64,000 nucleotides of DNA from Octopus vulgaris (Eukaryota). This document shows, piece after piece, positions 25,577 to 39,393 of the stretch; the first letter of the stretch is position 1, and every line of letters starts with the position of its first letter. Position numbers and translations under genes: made by a program. A model generated the notes under the pieces. The model saw nothing but the letters and a program-made list of their open reading frames with translations. It ran no database searches and was not told the origin of the DNA. The stretch is from assembly GCA_951406725.2 (NCBI GenBank), contig OX597821.1:72292001-72356000 (forward strand). Reading direction: 5' to 3'.

Positions 25577-26009
25577 CTGTAGAAAAAGAAAAACATTGTA
25601 TAAATAGTAGGTAAAAATTCCTTCCTTGTATGGTGCAGAAAGCCCAATCAAAGCATTATATCTAAACACCATGCAAAATATTTAGAAGCTTGAGAAGAAG
25701 ACCCATCAAGCCAAGCAAAATCAGTCGTGGCAGATACTGGTGCCATTCACATGGCACCCATGCCAGTGGCACATAAAAACACCCATTACACTCTCAGAGT
25801 GGTTGGTGTTAGGAAGGGCATCCAGCCATAGAAAACCATGCCAAATCAAATGGAGTCTGGTGCAGCCTCCCAGCTTATCAGCCCTGGTCGAATCGTCCAA
25901 CCCATGCCAATATGGACAACGGACATTAAAAGACTGGTGAGATTGATACAATCAATGCTCAATTTTAATATTTGTAAGCTGTCATTTGTGAAGAACTTGG
26001 CTCACAATG

Positions 26010-26590
26010 GAACTGTAGAGAGTTTGTGGAGAGGTCATGGGAGATGAGACACCACAGTGTAGCTGATGAAAGAGAGATGTTGAGAGCACTTCAATGGAGA
26101 TGCTATGAAACAAGGTAGCCTTGACAAGCTGAAGTTATAATAGTTAAAGACAATGTGAGGAGGTGACATGTCTGTAACAACAGTTGAATACCTAATTTTT
26201 GAAAAAGGTGAACAACAATTATGGTCATAGTAGCACCAAAATAGAGTACTACTAATCCCAGATGTGGAAGCAGTACTCTATAGTGGGTTTCACTTGAGCT
26301 TTGTCAGAGCTGACCAGAACGGGAATAATTTCTGCTATCCAGTCTTAAAAGCTAATCTCTGAGATGTAGCTTAAGCTATATTATGTATATGAGGCATAAC
26401 ACAGACAGACAATAAACACTGGGAGGCAAAAATGGCATGAGATGATATTTATAAGGTGAGGCTGAGATAATCCTAAGAATGCATCGATAACGTGATTGGT
26501 TTTAATCAATGAAGAATTGGAATTAACGACAGATGAGAAGACACAGCACTGAGATGCCAGACTGTAGATCCCTCCTTCTTATGTCAACGT
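26010..26590 (-). mobile_element. Old CR1/L2-like LINE fragment
   Basis: KAQVKPTIEYCFHIWD on the minus strand at about 26257-26305. Confidence 0.5.
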
Positions 26591-28641
26591 GAAAATGATG
26601 ATGATGATAATGGGGCAAGGAAAATGAAAACAGGCAAGGAGTTTTATTTTACATCATTTAGTAGCCTCTGTGCAATTCTTTGGCAAGACATTATAAGCGA
26701 ATATATTTGGCACCTGTGCCAGTGGCATGTAAAAGCACTCATTACACTCACAATGGTTGGTGTTAGGAAGGGCATCCAGCTGTAGAAAACCATGCCAAAT
26801 CAGACTGGAGTCTGGTGCAGCCTTCCAGCTTGCCAGCCTGGTCAAACTGACCAATCCATGCCAGCATGGACAATGGACATTAAATGATGATGAGGGTCCA
26901 GAAGATATAATAAAAACGAAATAACTACAAGATTATCTCAGATGGAATGAATCTCAATTAGTCTGTGAACAAAGTCTTCCAAGACTAATGGAATCTGTTA
27001 AGAATATCAGTAGAAGGGACTAAAAGCAAATCACAGAATGAAAAAGATTTAGGGACAGGTCTTGATGAAACCTTTGTAACTGAAATTTGCAAGACAAAAT
27101 CTGTTGAAAAGCTGGAGATATAAATAAATCTCTATATATATCATCATCATCATCTAATGACAGTTGTCCATGCTGGCATGGGTTGGATAGCTTGACCAGG
27201 GCTGGTAAGTTGAAGGGCTGCACCAGGCTCCAATCTTGATCTGGCAGAGTTTCTACAGCTGGATGCCCTTCTTAATGCCAACTACTCCAAGAGTGTAGCG
27301 GGTGCTTTTATGTGCCACCAGCATGGGTACCAGTTGCATGGCGCCAGTATCTTCCACAACTGCGATTTTACTGGGTTTGATGGGTCTTCTTCTCAAACAT
27401 GGTATATTGCCAAAGGTCTCCGTCATTTGTCATTGCTTTCGTGAGGCCCAACACTCGAAAAGTGCTTTTTACATGCCACCAGCACAGGTGCTATTTATAC
27501 AACACCAGCATCAGCCACATTGCCTTCATGAGGCCCAACGCTCAAAGGTGCTTTTATGTGGCACAGACTCAAGTGCCAAAGACATGATACCAGCATTGGC
27601 CACGACTATGATTCCATTTGGCTTGGCGTGTCTTCTCAAGAACAGCATATTGCCAAAGGTCTCAGTCACTAGTCATCGCTTCAAAGATCATGCTTCACCA
27701 CCTTGTTCCATGTCTTCCTGGGTCTACATCTTCCACTGGTTCCTGCCACAGTTAGAGATCAGCACTTCTTTACACAGCTATTTTCATCCATACACATCAC
27801 ATGACCAGTGAGGCAATGGCTGTGTAGTTAAGAAGCTTGCTTCCCAACTATGTGGTCTTGGGTTCCATCTCAGTGTGTGGCAACTTGGGCAAGTGTCTTT
27901 TACTATAGCTCCAGGCCAACCAAAATGTAAGTGGATTTGGCAGATGGAAACTATAAGAAGCCTGTTGTAAACGTATGTGTATGTGTTTATATTTACAACT
28001 GTCTTGGCATCACATGATGGTGTTGTAAATAAGCATCACTGTCATATGTTTGATGTTGTTCGTTTCCAGTGTTTCATGAAAAACATGCCCAGCCACAGGG
28101 AAATATTATCTTGATTGGAAAGAGATGAAGGTTGGTGACAGGAAGCACATCCAGTAGTAGAAAATCTGTCTCAACAAATTTCGTCTGACCCATGCAAGCA
28201 TGAAGAAGTGGGTGATATGATGATGATGATGGATATAGGTGAAGGGTGGTAGAATCAGCATGGCATTTAACAAAAGCCCCTTATATTATTTGGTGATGCC
28301 CTTCGACATTCTAGTCATCATCTCTATATAGGAATTGAGGGCATCAGTATAGCCATAGTCCAATGACTAAAACCAGTAATGGAATAAAAAAACAAATGAT
28401 CAATCATGACTAAGAAGACAAAAGGTGGCATAAAACATCCCAAGAGTAAATCTGATGGGGGGGGGGGGGGTAGCAAATAAGAAAATTTGAGGACTTTTAT
28501 CATAAAATTAAACAAGACACAAAAGCATTAATATATCAGATACTGTTTCAAAATAAATGTATTGAAAATATATTTAAATTTCAGACACTGGTTCATAAAA
28601 TGTAAAAAAAAGACTTTTTAATAGGTGTACTTTCTACTTAC

Positions 28642-28744
28642 CTCATTATTTTTGACAAAACCTAGCTTATATCCATGTTCATATTGTATTTCTCGAGTCC
28701 CTAACATTTCAAATTTAGTAGCACACGGTAAGTTATCAACCAAC
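28642..28744 (-). CDS. TM9SF4: TM9SF4 coding exon 5
   Basis: (L)LVDNLPCATKFEMLGTREIQYEHGYKLGFVKNNE; TAG/GTAAGT; 103 nt. Confidence 0.94.
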
Positions 28745-29408
28745 CTAGAAATATATAAACAAATGAAACAGATGAATGAATGACTCAACACCAGCTTCTT
28801 ATAACAGAAATAATTCTTAACCTGATCTAAGCCACTACATCAATTAAATCAATTACAAGTGGCCAATTCCTCTTATATTTTCTTTTTTAAATTTTAGGCT
28901 TCCATCATCATCATCATCTTCTAACATCCGCTTTCCCATGCTTGCATGGGTTGGACAGAGTTCATTTAAGGCAGATTTTTCTATAGCTGGATGCCCTTCC
29001 TGCCACCAACCCTCACCTATTTTCCAATCCCTGCAATACTTCTCCATGGTCAGACATTTTCAACAGGAAATTGGACGTGAACAACACTGCTTGTATGAAC
29101 AGTGACACTCATTTACATCTGTCACACAATGTCAAAACAAGGACACACACAACAGGCTTCTTCCAATTTCTCTCAACCAAATCAACTCACAAGGCGTTGG
29201 TTGACCCAAGGCTTTTACAGAAGATACCTATATATATATATATATATATATATATTTTATTTTATTTTATTTCGTATATTTTTCACTTGTTTATTGCTAT
29301 GGTTTTGTGTTGAGTTTGATCTGAGAACATAATCTTTTGTGGTGAATGACGATTTGACGTCTATATCTAGCATGTTGACTGTCCACTTTTCGTGTTCAGT
29401 CCTTAATT

Positions 29409-29444
<36 letters not shown>

Positions 29445-29531
29445 TAAATAAGGGTAGAAATTGATATTAATCAATTAAAACCAGTGGCCTAGCATTTTTT
29501 TTTTTAAATCCAAAGATTAAATATTTTTTAC

Positions 29532-29683
29532 ATACAAAATTTAGAGGACTGACCACTAAAAATGGACAGCCTGTATGCTAGATATAGACGTCAAAATCGC
29601 CTTCGTGGAAAATGGCGATTTTGACGTCTATATCTAGCATACAGGCTGTCCATTTTTAGTGGTCAGTCCTCTAAATCTTGTAT
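29532..29683. repeat. Near-perfect palindrome, 70-bp arms, 12-nt loop
   Basis: 29532-29601 versus 29614-29683, one mismatch seen. Confidence 0.9.
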
Positions 29684-30578
29684 CTATATAGATAGATACA
29701 CATACACACACATACATACATTCTTATTTTGTAGACATATCTTTCCCACATCTCTCCTCTCTCTCTCTATATATATATATATATAATATAATAAAATAAA
29801 AATGTGTGTGTGTGTGTGTGTGTATGTATATGTGTGTGTGTCTATATATGTATGTATGTATATACACTCATACATTCATATCTCTATTTATGTACATACA
29901 TACATGTGTGTAAGTGCATCCACATGTTTGTTTACATTTTTTAGATTGATGAAATCATTTTATTGTATGTAACATATATGCTCTTTTGTGTATGTGTGTG
30001 TGTGAAATTGATAAATATAATTTACAATAAAAATTTTATTTCATTTCCATCGAAATACTGGTGAATTCAGAGCTGACCACAGTTTGCCTGCAGTTAGCTG
30101 CCTCTGACTGCCACTCCATTTGTTGTTTTACTCAAGTTATTTGATGACCTCAATGGTCACTATGCAGCATGTAGAAAGCATCTAGTAGTGTAAACTGGTT
30201 AGCATTAGGAAGGGCATCCAGCCACAGAAACCACACCAAAGCAGCAGACCTTGAAGTTTAGTAACAGTCCCCTAGCTTACCAGCTCTTGCTGAACTGTCC
30301 AACCCAGACACTAATGATGATGATGATGATGATGTAGAGTTTTTGCGCAAGGCCAACAATTTTGGGGGAAGGGTATAATCGACCCACCCCACCCCCCCAG
30401 TATTTAACTGGTACTTATTTTATCAAGCCTGAAAGAATGGAAGGTAAGGTCAGCTTTAGCAGAATCTGAACTCAGATCATAAAGACAGACAAAATACTGC
30501 AGAGCATTTGCCTGGCACAGTAACCACTCAGCCAGTTTAATTAACAACAACAATAGTAGAGATTCAGTTTTTACTTAC

Positions 30579-30700
30579 AAATGGACATAATATGCATGTC
30601 TGATCCTTTCTGCCATGAGTTTACTATCCTCTATCATCATAGTAACAGCTTTCTCATTATGGCAAAGAATTTCACAGCCTTTACTATCAGCCATAGTAAC
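30579..30700 (-). CDS. TM9SF4: TM9SF4 coding exon 4
   Basis: VTMADSKGCEILCHNEKAVTMMIEDSKLMAERIRHAYYVH; TAG/GTAAGT; 122 nt. Confidence 0.93.
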
Positions 30701-32120
30701 CTAAAAGTTGAGGGGAAAAAAGCAAAACAAAAGAAAAAATAGCATTTAAGTCAACTGTTGTTATAAAGGATTTGAAAAGAAGTTGAAATTATTTCATTTA
30801 CAGTAAAAACAGTGGAATCCAAAGAAATTGGAGACATTCTCACTGTCACACCATATTCCTGCTATAGCAGGAAGAGGTTAAACATTATCTCTGCTGGAAT
30901 CTTGGTAAAGAAGTAATGAGCAACATATAGAAATAGAAGAAGCAGCAGCCGATTCTGTCCGTTGGTCAGCTGCCGATTCTGTCCATTCATGAGCTGTGTG
31001 TGCAACTATTTATTTTGGGGCTCAGAAGCCCAGGTGGTGAGTAAAGCTAGACATAGGGGCCCAGGTCTGAGAGGGTTAAAACAGTAATGAGATTAATAAA
31101 AGGAAGGAAAAATCATTATAATCAGAGAAAAAGGGGAGAGAACAAGTATTGGAAGCAAAGAGTCAGAAAAGGGGAAACTAAAAGGAAGCCCACAGATAAC
31201 TGGACATGTGGTGACTTACAACATTGCTATATAAAATGTTGGGATTAATTAAGCTTAGTAAGTTTCTACATCACAGAGAAAATGTTCAAGAGATTTGAAA
31301 AGTGTTTTTAATCAAAATCAAAATCGATGACTGGCGTCTGTGCTAGCAGGGTGTAAAGAGCACCATACGAGTGTGATCATTGACAGAGCGGCTAACCAGC
31401 TTCTATGCCAGTGGCACTTACAAGGCACCATTCAAGCGTGATTGTTACCAGCATCACTTTACTGGCACTCTAGCCCCATGGTAGTAGAGTACTAAGAGCT
31501 CCATCCGAGCATGATCATTGCCAGAGCAGCTATCTGGCCTCTGTGCCGGTGGCACATAAAAGACACCATTCAAACGTGATCGTTACCAGCATCACCTTAC
31601 TGGCACCTGTGCCGGTGGCATGTGTAAAAGATTTGAGTAAGGTCGTTGCCAGTACCGCCTGACTGGCCCCCATGCTGGTGGCACATAAAAAGCATCCACT
31701 ACACTCTCGGAGTGATTGGCGTTAGGAAGGTCATCCAGCTGTAGAAACTCTGCCAGATCAAGATTGGAGCCTGGTGCAGCCATCTGGCTCACCAGCCCTC
31801 AGTCAAAATCGTCCAACCCATGCTAGCATGGAAAGCGGACATTATGATGATGATGATCTATGGTGCTGGACAAAATACCTTTTTTTATAATCTTTTACTT
31901 GTTTCAGTCATTGGGCTGTGGCCATGCTGTGGCACTGCCTTGAAGGGTTTTAGTCAAATAAACTGACCCCAGTAGTTATTTTTTTAAAGCCCGGTACTTA
32001 TTCTATTGGTCTTTTTGCCAAACCACTAAGTTACAGGGATGTAAACAAACCAACACTAGTTGTCAAATGGTGGCAAGGAAACAAATATAAACATGCACAC
32101 ACACACACACACACACACAG

Positions 32121-33152
32121 ATTTCATGACATGCCAAGGGGAAAGACTAAAAGTAGTTGGTAGCTTCTGCTACTTCGGCAACCAAGTCTGTAGTGGGCGT
32201 AGCTGTGAGAATAAGAATAGCCTGGGCAAAGTTCAGAAAGCTCCTACCTCTGCTGGTGACAAAGGGCCTCTCACTCAGAGAGAAAAGTAGACTGTATGAT
32301 GCATGTGTGTGAACAGCCGTGCTACATGGCAGTGAAACATGGGCTGTGACTGTTGAGGACATATGTAGGCTTGAAAGAAATGAAGCTAGTATGATCCACT
32401 GGATGTGTAATGTCAGTGTGCACACATGACAGGGTGTAGGCGCCCTGAGACAAATATTGAACATAAGAAGTGGTGTGCAAGAGAGATGACCGTGCTGGTA
32501 TGGTTATGTGCTGCATATGGATGAGGAAAGCTGTGTGAAGAAGTGTTACACCCTAACAGTGGAGGGAACCCATGGAAGAGGGAGACCCAGGAAGAAATGG
32601 GATGAGGTGGTGAAGCACGACTTACAAACGTTGGGTAAGACTGGGACCTTTAGAGATATGCAGTGATTGAGAAGACCTGGCAAGTGAAGTGAGTTCACTG
32701 ATGCCAGTGTTACGTGACCGACCCATTTAAAAGTACCCTTGAAGTGTCGGGTGATATGATGTGCTTGAGAAGACCTGTTGAGGCAAGTAAAATCAAATTG
32801 TAGTCATGGCCAGTGCCACCTGACAGGCACGCATGCTACTGGCACATAATAAGCACCATCTAAGTGTGGGTCGATGCTAGTGCCCCCTGACTGGCTCCTT
32901 TACCAGTGGCATGTAAAAAAAAACATCTAAACATGGTCAACACCAGTGTCCCCTGATTGGCTCGCATGGCAGTGGCATGTAAAAAGCACCCACTACACTC
33001 TCAGAGTGGTTGGCATTAGGAAGGGCATCCAGGTGTAGAAACCTTGCCAGTTCAGATTGGAGCCTGGTGCAGACTTCTGGCTTGCCAGCTGTCAGTCAAA
33101 CCATCCAACCCATGCCAGCATGGAAAACAGATGTTAAACAATGATGATGATG

Positions 33153-33154
<2 letters not shown>
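32121..33154 (+). mobile_element. RTE LINE 3' end with 3' UTR and (GAT)n tail
   Basis: ORF C-terminal remnant, then ~60-bp UTR units, CCATGC..GCATGG hairpin and GATGATGAT tail; this links the abundant short repeat to the LINE. Confidence 0.85.

Positions 33155-33248
<94 letters not shown>
33154..33248. repeat. Compound (GT)n(TA)n microsatellite, representative of dozens in the window
   Basis: Directly visible; others include (GA)n 5287-5390, (TA)n 41608-41655 and (TACA)n 50325-50440. Confidence 0.95.
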
Positions 33249-33251
<3 letters not shown>

Positions 33252-34029
33252 CACCATCCGAGCATGATCGTTGCCAGAGCGGCTAACTGGTTTCCGTGCC
33301 TGTGGCATGTAAAAAGCACCCACTACACTCACAGAGTGGTTGGCATTAGGAAGGGCATCCAGCTGTAGAAACACTGCCGGATCAGACTGGGGCCTGGTGC
33401 AGCCTCATAGCTTCCCAGACCCCGGTCGAACCATCCAACCCATGCTAGCATGGAAAACGGACGTTAAACGACGACGATGATGATATATATATATATATAT
33501 ATCTTTCTGATGATGATGATATATATATATCTTTCTTGTCTTGGGATTCATAGTCAAACAGCTGGGTAATATTGAGCGAAAAATTACGCAGATGTATAGA
33601 ACGATCTGGTGGTGTTGCTGGGCTTTGTACTTTTTTTATAGCACCCATGGTTACTGAGATAATCTACTATAATAATACTCTTGTGTTTATGAATGAGAGG
33701 AAGGGGTGATAGATCACTAAGGAAGGCTCCAATCTGATCTGGCAAGGTTTCTACAGCTTGATGCCCTTCCTAATGCCATCTACTCCAAGAGTGTAGTGGG
33801 TGCTTTTTACATACCACCAGCATGAGGGCCAGTCAGGCAGCCCTGACAACAACCACACACGAATGGTGCTTTTTACGTGCCACCGGCACAGGAGCCAAAG
33901 GAGACTATGTAAATATGGGTACATATGTTTATGTTCATTTGAGTATAAACTAACATAAATCCTTAAATCCTTAAAAATATTTCAGCCCGAAGGCTGCGGC
34001 CATGCTGGGGCACCACTGTTGAATGAGCT

Positions 34030-34280
34030 ACACTAGTATGTGAAACCACCTCTGATACGTGGCATTTGATCAACAAGGTAGTTCGACGCCGCTGCCCGCG
34101 TCTGTGTCTCATGCCAAGAGGTAGGTTCATCTGGAATCCCTGACAAGAAGAGATCCAGTTTAGTTTTAAAGAAACCCACATCCACAACATGCAGGTCTCT
34201 CAGGCATTTAGGAAGGATACTGAAGAGCTGTGGTCCCCTGAAACCCAAGCTGTTGTGTATCTGATCCTGTATTTTGATGA
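34030..34280 (-). mobile_element. CR1/Jockey-group LINE 3' fragment
   Basis: GFRGPQLFSILPKCLRD..FKTKLDLFLSGIPDEP, a typical ORF2 C-terminus. Confidence 0.6.
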
Positions 34281-34719
34281 GTAAGTTTTTAGATTATAAA
34301 CACATGTGTATTAAAGAATGAATTAATAAATAATTTAATTGTTTTTACTCCTGACCGGAAGAGCATTTACTGCTTGACTATTCCTATAATATACACTTTG
34401 GCTGCCGTGAGGGGATTTAAAAATTGACTTTCCTTGAATCTATATGTGCAAATATTTGTATGTAGACATGTGAACTTGCTTTGGACTGTATGTACAATTA
34501 TTTGAGCATATATTTTCCCACCATGTATTGTGTTGACCAAGGAAGAAAGCTTATTTTTTGCTTTAATCCAGAAATTGAAACCAATTCACAATTAACATGA
34601 GGTCTTTTGAATTTTCTCTCACTAGCCCACTTTCAGCTATGTGTATATTTAGCTGGAGTTTTTGGTAGTTTCTTTTTAAGGTATTTTTAAGGTATTGGCA
34701 CTTCAACCTTAACCCTAAA

Positions 34720-34955
34720 TGGCGGCAAGCTGGCAGAATCATTAGCACGCCGGGCGAAATGCTTAGCAGTATTTCGTCTGCCGCTGCGTTCTGAGTTCAA
34801 ATTCCGCCGAGGTCGACTTTGCCTTTCATCCTTTCGGGGTCGATAAATTAAGTACCAGTTACACACTGGGATAGATGTAATTGGCTTAATCCGTTTGTCT
34901 GTCCTTGTTTGTCTCTCTGTGTTTAGCCCCTTGTGGGTAGTAAAGAAATAGGTAT
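34720..34955 (+). mobile_element. tRNA-derived SINE with a Nin/Deu-like central domain
   Basis: GGCGGCAAGCTGGCAGAA..GAGTTCAAATTCCGCC..GACTTTGCCTTTCATCCTTTCGGGGTCGATAAA; copies at about 11070(-), 19960(+), 50915(-), 54533(+) and 56120(-). Confidence 0.8.
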
Positions 34956-36152
34956 TGGCACTTCAAACAAGCTGGAGAGAGGTCATTTTCACCCTCGCTC
35001 CTTTGATATAATTATACATATGTGTCTATGTATATTTCACATATATAAGTATAGGTGTAAACTTTTTGTCTATATAATTAATATTTACTTCCCCTTACAT
35101 ATTAATTCGATTTTTACCTTTTTAATTTTAAAGCCATAAGCAACTAACACATAAGTAATTTTTTTCAGTGACATAAGAGATTTTTCAATCTCGTAAATAA
35201 AGTATTTTTATTTCCCATCAGTTCTATTTAATGAAATAATATAGGAATTTCAGGGACCACAACTGAACTAAAAGCCAGATAACTATTTGGATTATTCATC
35301 TGATATCACAGTTTGTAGACCGAACAATAACATCACAAGTTAAAGGCTTCCAACAACCAATCAATGGTTCACTGGATTTAGCATGGAGACACTGTCAAAG
35401 GAGTATCTGTGCAACTTGGGCAGAACAAATACAAGTTAGTTTTGTTTGAAAACACCAGTATATTTTGTTGATGATATTTGCATTTTTTGCTGAAATACAT
35501 CAGCCAAAGTTATAGACATACATAAGTATATGTGAATGTGTAGGAGTAAGTATGTGTATGCATATGTGTGTGTGTATGTCTTTATTGTAGTAAATTTGAC
35601 TTACAGCTGTTTCCAGTAGTCATTATAGGTTTTTTACTGAGAGGTTTAATCAATTGGCCCATTGATCAGTTGAGAAAAATTGAATGACCCAAAAACAAAA
35701 AAACCAATGCTACTTTTGTCATTTACAATATAGAGGTATGTAATGACTGTTCTTTATACCTTGTCTTGTACATCACGCTCTGTAAAAACCAGCATAACTG
35801 GAACACAACCTTGGATTGACAATACAGCAAGGTGATGAACTATAATCTGGGACCCTTCAACAAGAACACACAGTTATTTACTAATCTAAACAATATTGTT
35901 AGCCAGGTTTAACTAACAGAGAACATAACAGATTGATAATCCTTCACTAATAGCTCTCTCTCTATGTATATATATATATATATATATATATCTATATTAT
36001 AAATCTGAAATGCGAAAAGTTTGTTTGTTTGTCTGGTTTTGGCATTGAGAACGGGTTAAAGGCCACTAGATCCCATCGGATTGACTCCAAAATTTACAGG
36101 GACATGTAAAATGAGGTGAGGATGCCAGTGGGCTAGGTTAGAAATCCCCATC

Positions 36153-37731
36153 TTAAAACTTAGCCCAGGCTATTCTTATTCTAGTAGCTACACTTTCAGT
36201 GAACCCTCCCCCACTACTGACTTGGTCACCTAGGTAACGGAAGCTATTAACTACTTCAAGTTTTTCTCCCTGGAATGTGGTGGAAGTTGTTCTCTGGATA
36301 TTTTCAGTGTTATTTAGAGTGCCCGAGCTTCTGCCACATACAAAAACTATCCTCCCAGTTAGCCTTCCTTTGATATTGTTGCACCTCTTATGTGTCCATA
36401 GCTTACACTGGGTACATCTTATATAGTTTCTACCTACACCTTTTCTACAGATCGAACAAGGCCATCTACCTGAAGGGATTTGTGGTTTGCATGCCTTCCT
36501 ACTTATTAGGACTTTGGTTTTAGCTAGGTTGACTTTAAGGCCCTTCGATTCTAATCCTTGTTTCCACACTTGAAACGTCTCCTCTAGTTCTGTTAGTGAC
36601 TCAGCAATTAGAGCAAGGTCATCAGCATAGAGGAGCTCCCAGGGACATCTTGTCTTGAATTCCTCCATTATTGCCTGGAGGACTATGATAAATAGGAGGG
36701 GGCTGAGGACTGAACCTTGGTGGACTCCTACCTCTACCCGGAATTCTTCACTGTACTCGTTGCCAAACCTCACCTTACTGACAGTGTCCCTGTACATGGC
36801 TTGCACGGCTCTCACTAACCATTCATCTATCCCTAGTTTCCTCATTGACCACCAGATAAGAGATCGGGGGACCCTGCCAAAGGCTTTCTCCATGTCAACC
36901 AAAGCTAGGTACAGGGGCTTAACTTTGGCTAGGTATTTCTCCTGCAGCTGTCTAACCAGAAATATAGCATCAGTGGTGCTTTTCCCTGGCACGAAACCAA
37001 ACTGCATCTCATCCAAACTGACTCTTTCCCTAATTAGTTGGGCTATGACCCTCTCCATGACCTTCATTACCTGATCCAAGAGCTTGATACCTCTGTAATT
37101 ATTTGTATTTAAAGTGTCACCTTTACCTTTGTAGCAGTTGACTATAGTGCTGCTATACCAATCATTGGGTATGACTCCTTCGTGTATCACCTGGTTAACT
37201 ATACAGGCTAATGCCGACACTGCCAGATATTATGAGCATCTCTGAAGTAATTTCCGATGGGTCGGGGGCTTTCCCTGTCTTCATACTCTTAATTGCTTTA
37301 ACTACCAAGGTACAGTCAACTCGGATAGCTGGTCCCTCTGTTGGGACGACAATCGTCAGACTCTCTTTCTCCCATTCATTTTCTTTGTTCAGCAGCCTTT
37401 CATAGTGGCATCTCCAAACCTCTCTCCTTGCAGCCTCATTTAGTGCAAGTGAACCATCATCCATGTGGACACATTTCTCTCCAACCACATCACGATTCTC
37501 TCTCATACACTGTCTTGCAACATGAAATACCTCAAGTCTTTGGTCCTCACGGCGCAGAACATTGGAATTTTTTTTCTTATCTGCTTCCGCTCTGGCTAAA
37601 CAAACCTGTCTCCTAGCTTCTCTTTTGGCAGTCTGATACGATTCCCTGCTACCACCATTTTTCCAGTCCTTCCAAGCCTGTCTCTTTTCTCTAATAACCC
37701 TGTCTACAACATTGTTCCACCATCACGTTAT
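36153..37731 (-). mobile_element. RTE-clade LINE fragment with an open RT domain (355 aa)
   Basis: NYRGIKLL, QFGFVPGKSTTDAIF, VDMEKAF, GVHQGSVLSPLLF, LLYADD, FRYLGD motifs. Confidence 0.93.
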
Positions 37732-38934
37732 ACATGATGATGGCTGCCCCCTCGTTATCGAGTACAGCCATTGCACGAAGCTTAACTGTTATTGGTGCTG
37801 TGATTGAATGTGACTTTTTAGCCCAGCTAAAGATCTACAATGTCTTGTACAGAACTGGCAGCTAAAACCATTACCGGCAGTAGCCGGCTGTAGTTGTAAC
37901 TGGGCTTCATGTACCTTTGCATGTTGTTTAAGTCCTCCTGCCGAATTACACTCTCTTCCACATGCCTAGCAGATATGATTAGTATGGTGTGTAACACCAC
38001 CACTAGTGGCCAGGTTGTCACTCATCTGTCTCGCTTTATGACTACGAAGATGACTCTTGAGTCCAGCTTTACTGAGGCAGAATCTTGCACAGATACTGCA
38101 TGTCAGCATCATAGGAAGACCCTTACATACATACCCTTGTATCTTTTCTACAACAAGACCCCTACAAATCTCCCCAGTCTAGGGGACTTTATCCTGTCTT
38201 GTCTTACAAGTTACTTGGTAACCCCACTGGTGCGAAGCATCCAGTCCACCCTGTAGAGTGGTTGGTGTTAAGGACATCCAGCCACAGAAACCACCAAAAA
38301 CAGACAACAGAACTTGGCATAGCTCCCTGGCTTGCTGCCAGCTCTTGTCAAACTTTCCAACCCATACTAATATAGAAAAGATATTAAATGATGATATCAT
38401 CATCATCGTCGTTTAATGTCAGTTTTCTATGCTGGCATGGGTTGGACAATTTGACTGAGGTCTGGAAAGCTAGTGGCTGCACCAGACTCCAATCTGCACC
38501 TGTGCAGGTGGCACGTAAGAAGCACCCACTACACTCAGGGAGTGGTTGGCGTTAGGAAGGGCATCCAGCTGTAGAAACACTGCCAGATCAGATTGGAGCC
38601 TGGTGCAGCCTCCGAGCTTCCCACACCTCGGTCAAACCGTCCAACCCATGCTAGCATGGAAAACGGACGTTAAACAATGATGATTATATATTTACACACA
38701 CACACACACAACAGGGTCCCACAGTGTCTACGTTTACCAAGTTTCATTCACATGGCATTGTTTTGAATATCAACAACCTCACCAGTCTAGAAGAGGCTTC
38801 GACAAATCAGAGCAACTAAGTATCCCTCATCACTTAAAGCAACGGAATAATTTCAGAGGAAAAACAGACGAGTGGAGGGAGGGGGTGCAAGTCAGAGTAG
38901 AACAAATGATTGCAAATCAAGAGCTTATAAGACT

Positions 38935-39393
38935 CTCTTTTTCTCTCTTTTACTTGTTTCAGTCATTTGACTGTGGCCACACTGGAGCACAGCCTTTAGT
39001 CAAGCAAATTGACCCCAGGCAGGACTTATTCTTTGTAAGCTTAGTACTTATTTTATCAGTCTCTTTTGCCGAACCATTAAGTTACAGAGATGTAAACACA
39101 CCAGCATCGGTTGTCAGGCGATGTTGGGGGGGACAAACACAGATACAAATATATACATACACATACAAACATACATACATACATACATATATATATATAT
39201 ATACATACATACATATATATATATATACACGACGGGCTTCTTTCAGTTTCCATCTACCAAATCCACTCACAAGGTTTTGGTTGGCCCGAGGCTATAGTAG
39301 AAGACACTTGCCCAAGGTGCCACGCAGTGGGACTGAACCCGGAACCATGTGGTTCGTAAGCAAGTTACTTACCACACAGCCACTCCTACGCCT
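38935..39393 (-). mobile_element. tRNA-derived SINE with internal microsatellite
   Basis: Minus strand GGAGTGGCTGTGTGGTAAG..GGGTTCAGTCCCACTGCGTGGCACCTTGGGCAAG; copies at about 40465, 41730, 49300, 50870 and 58600. Confidence 0.8.

Noticed and set aside
34265-34360. C/D box snoRNA (TGATGA..CTGA)
   Set aside because: Antisense to the host gene, weak terminal stem, no recognisable guide sequence.
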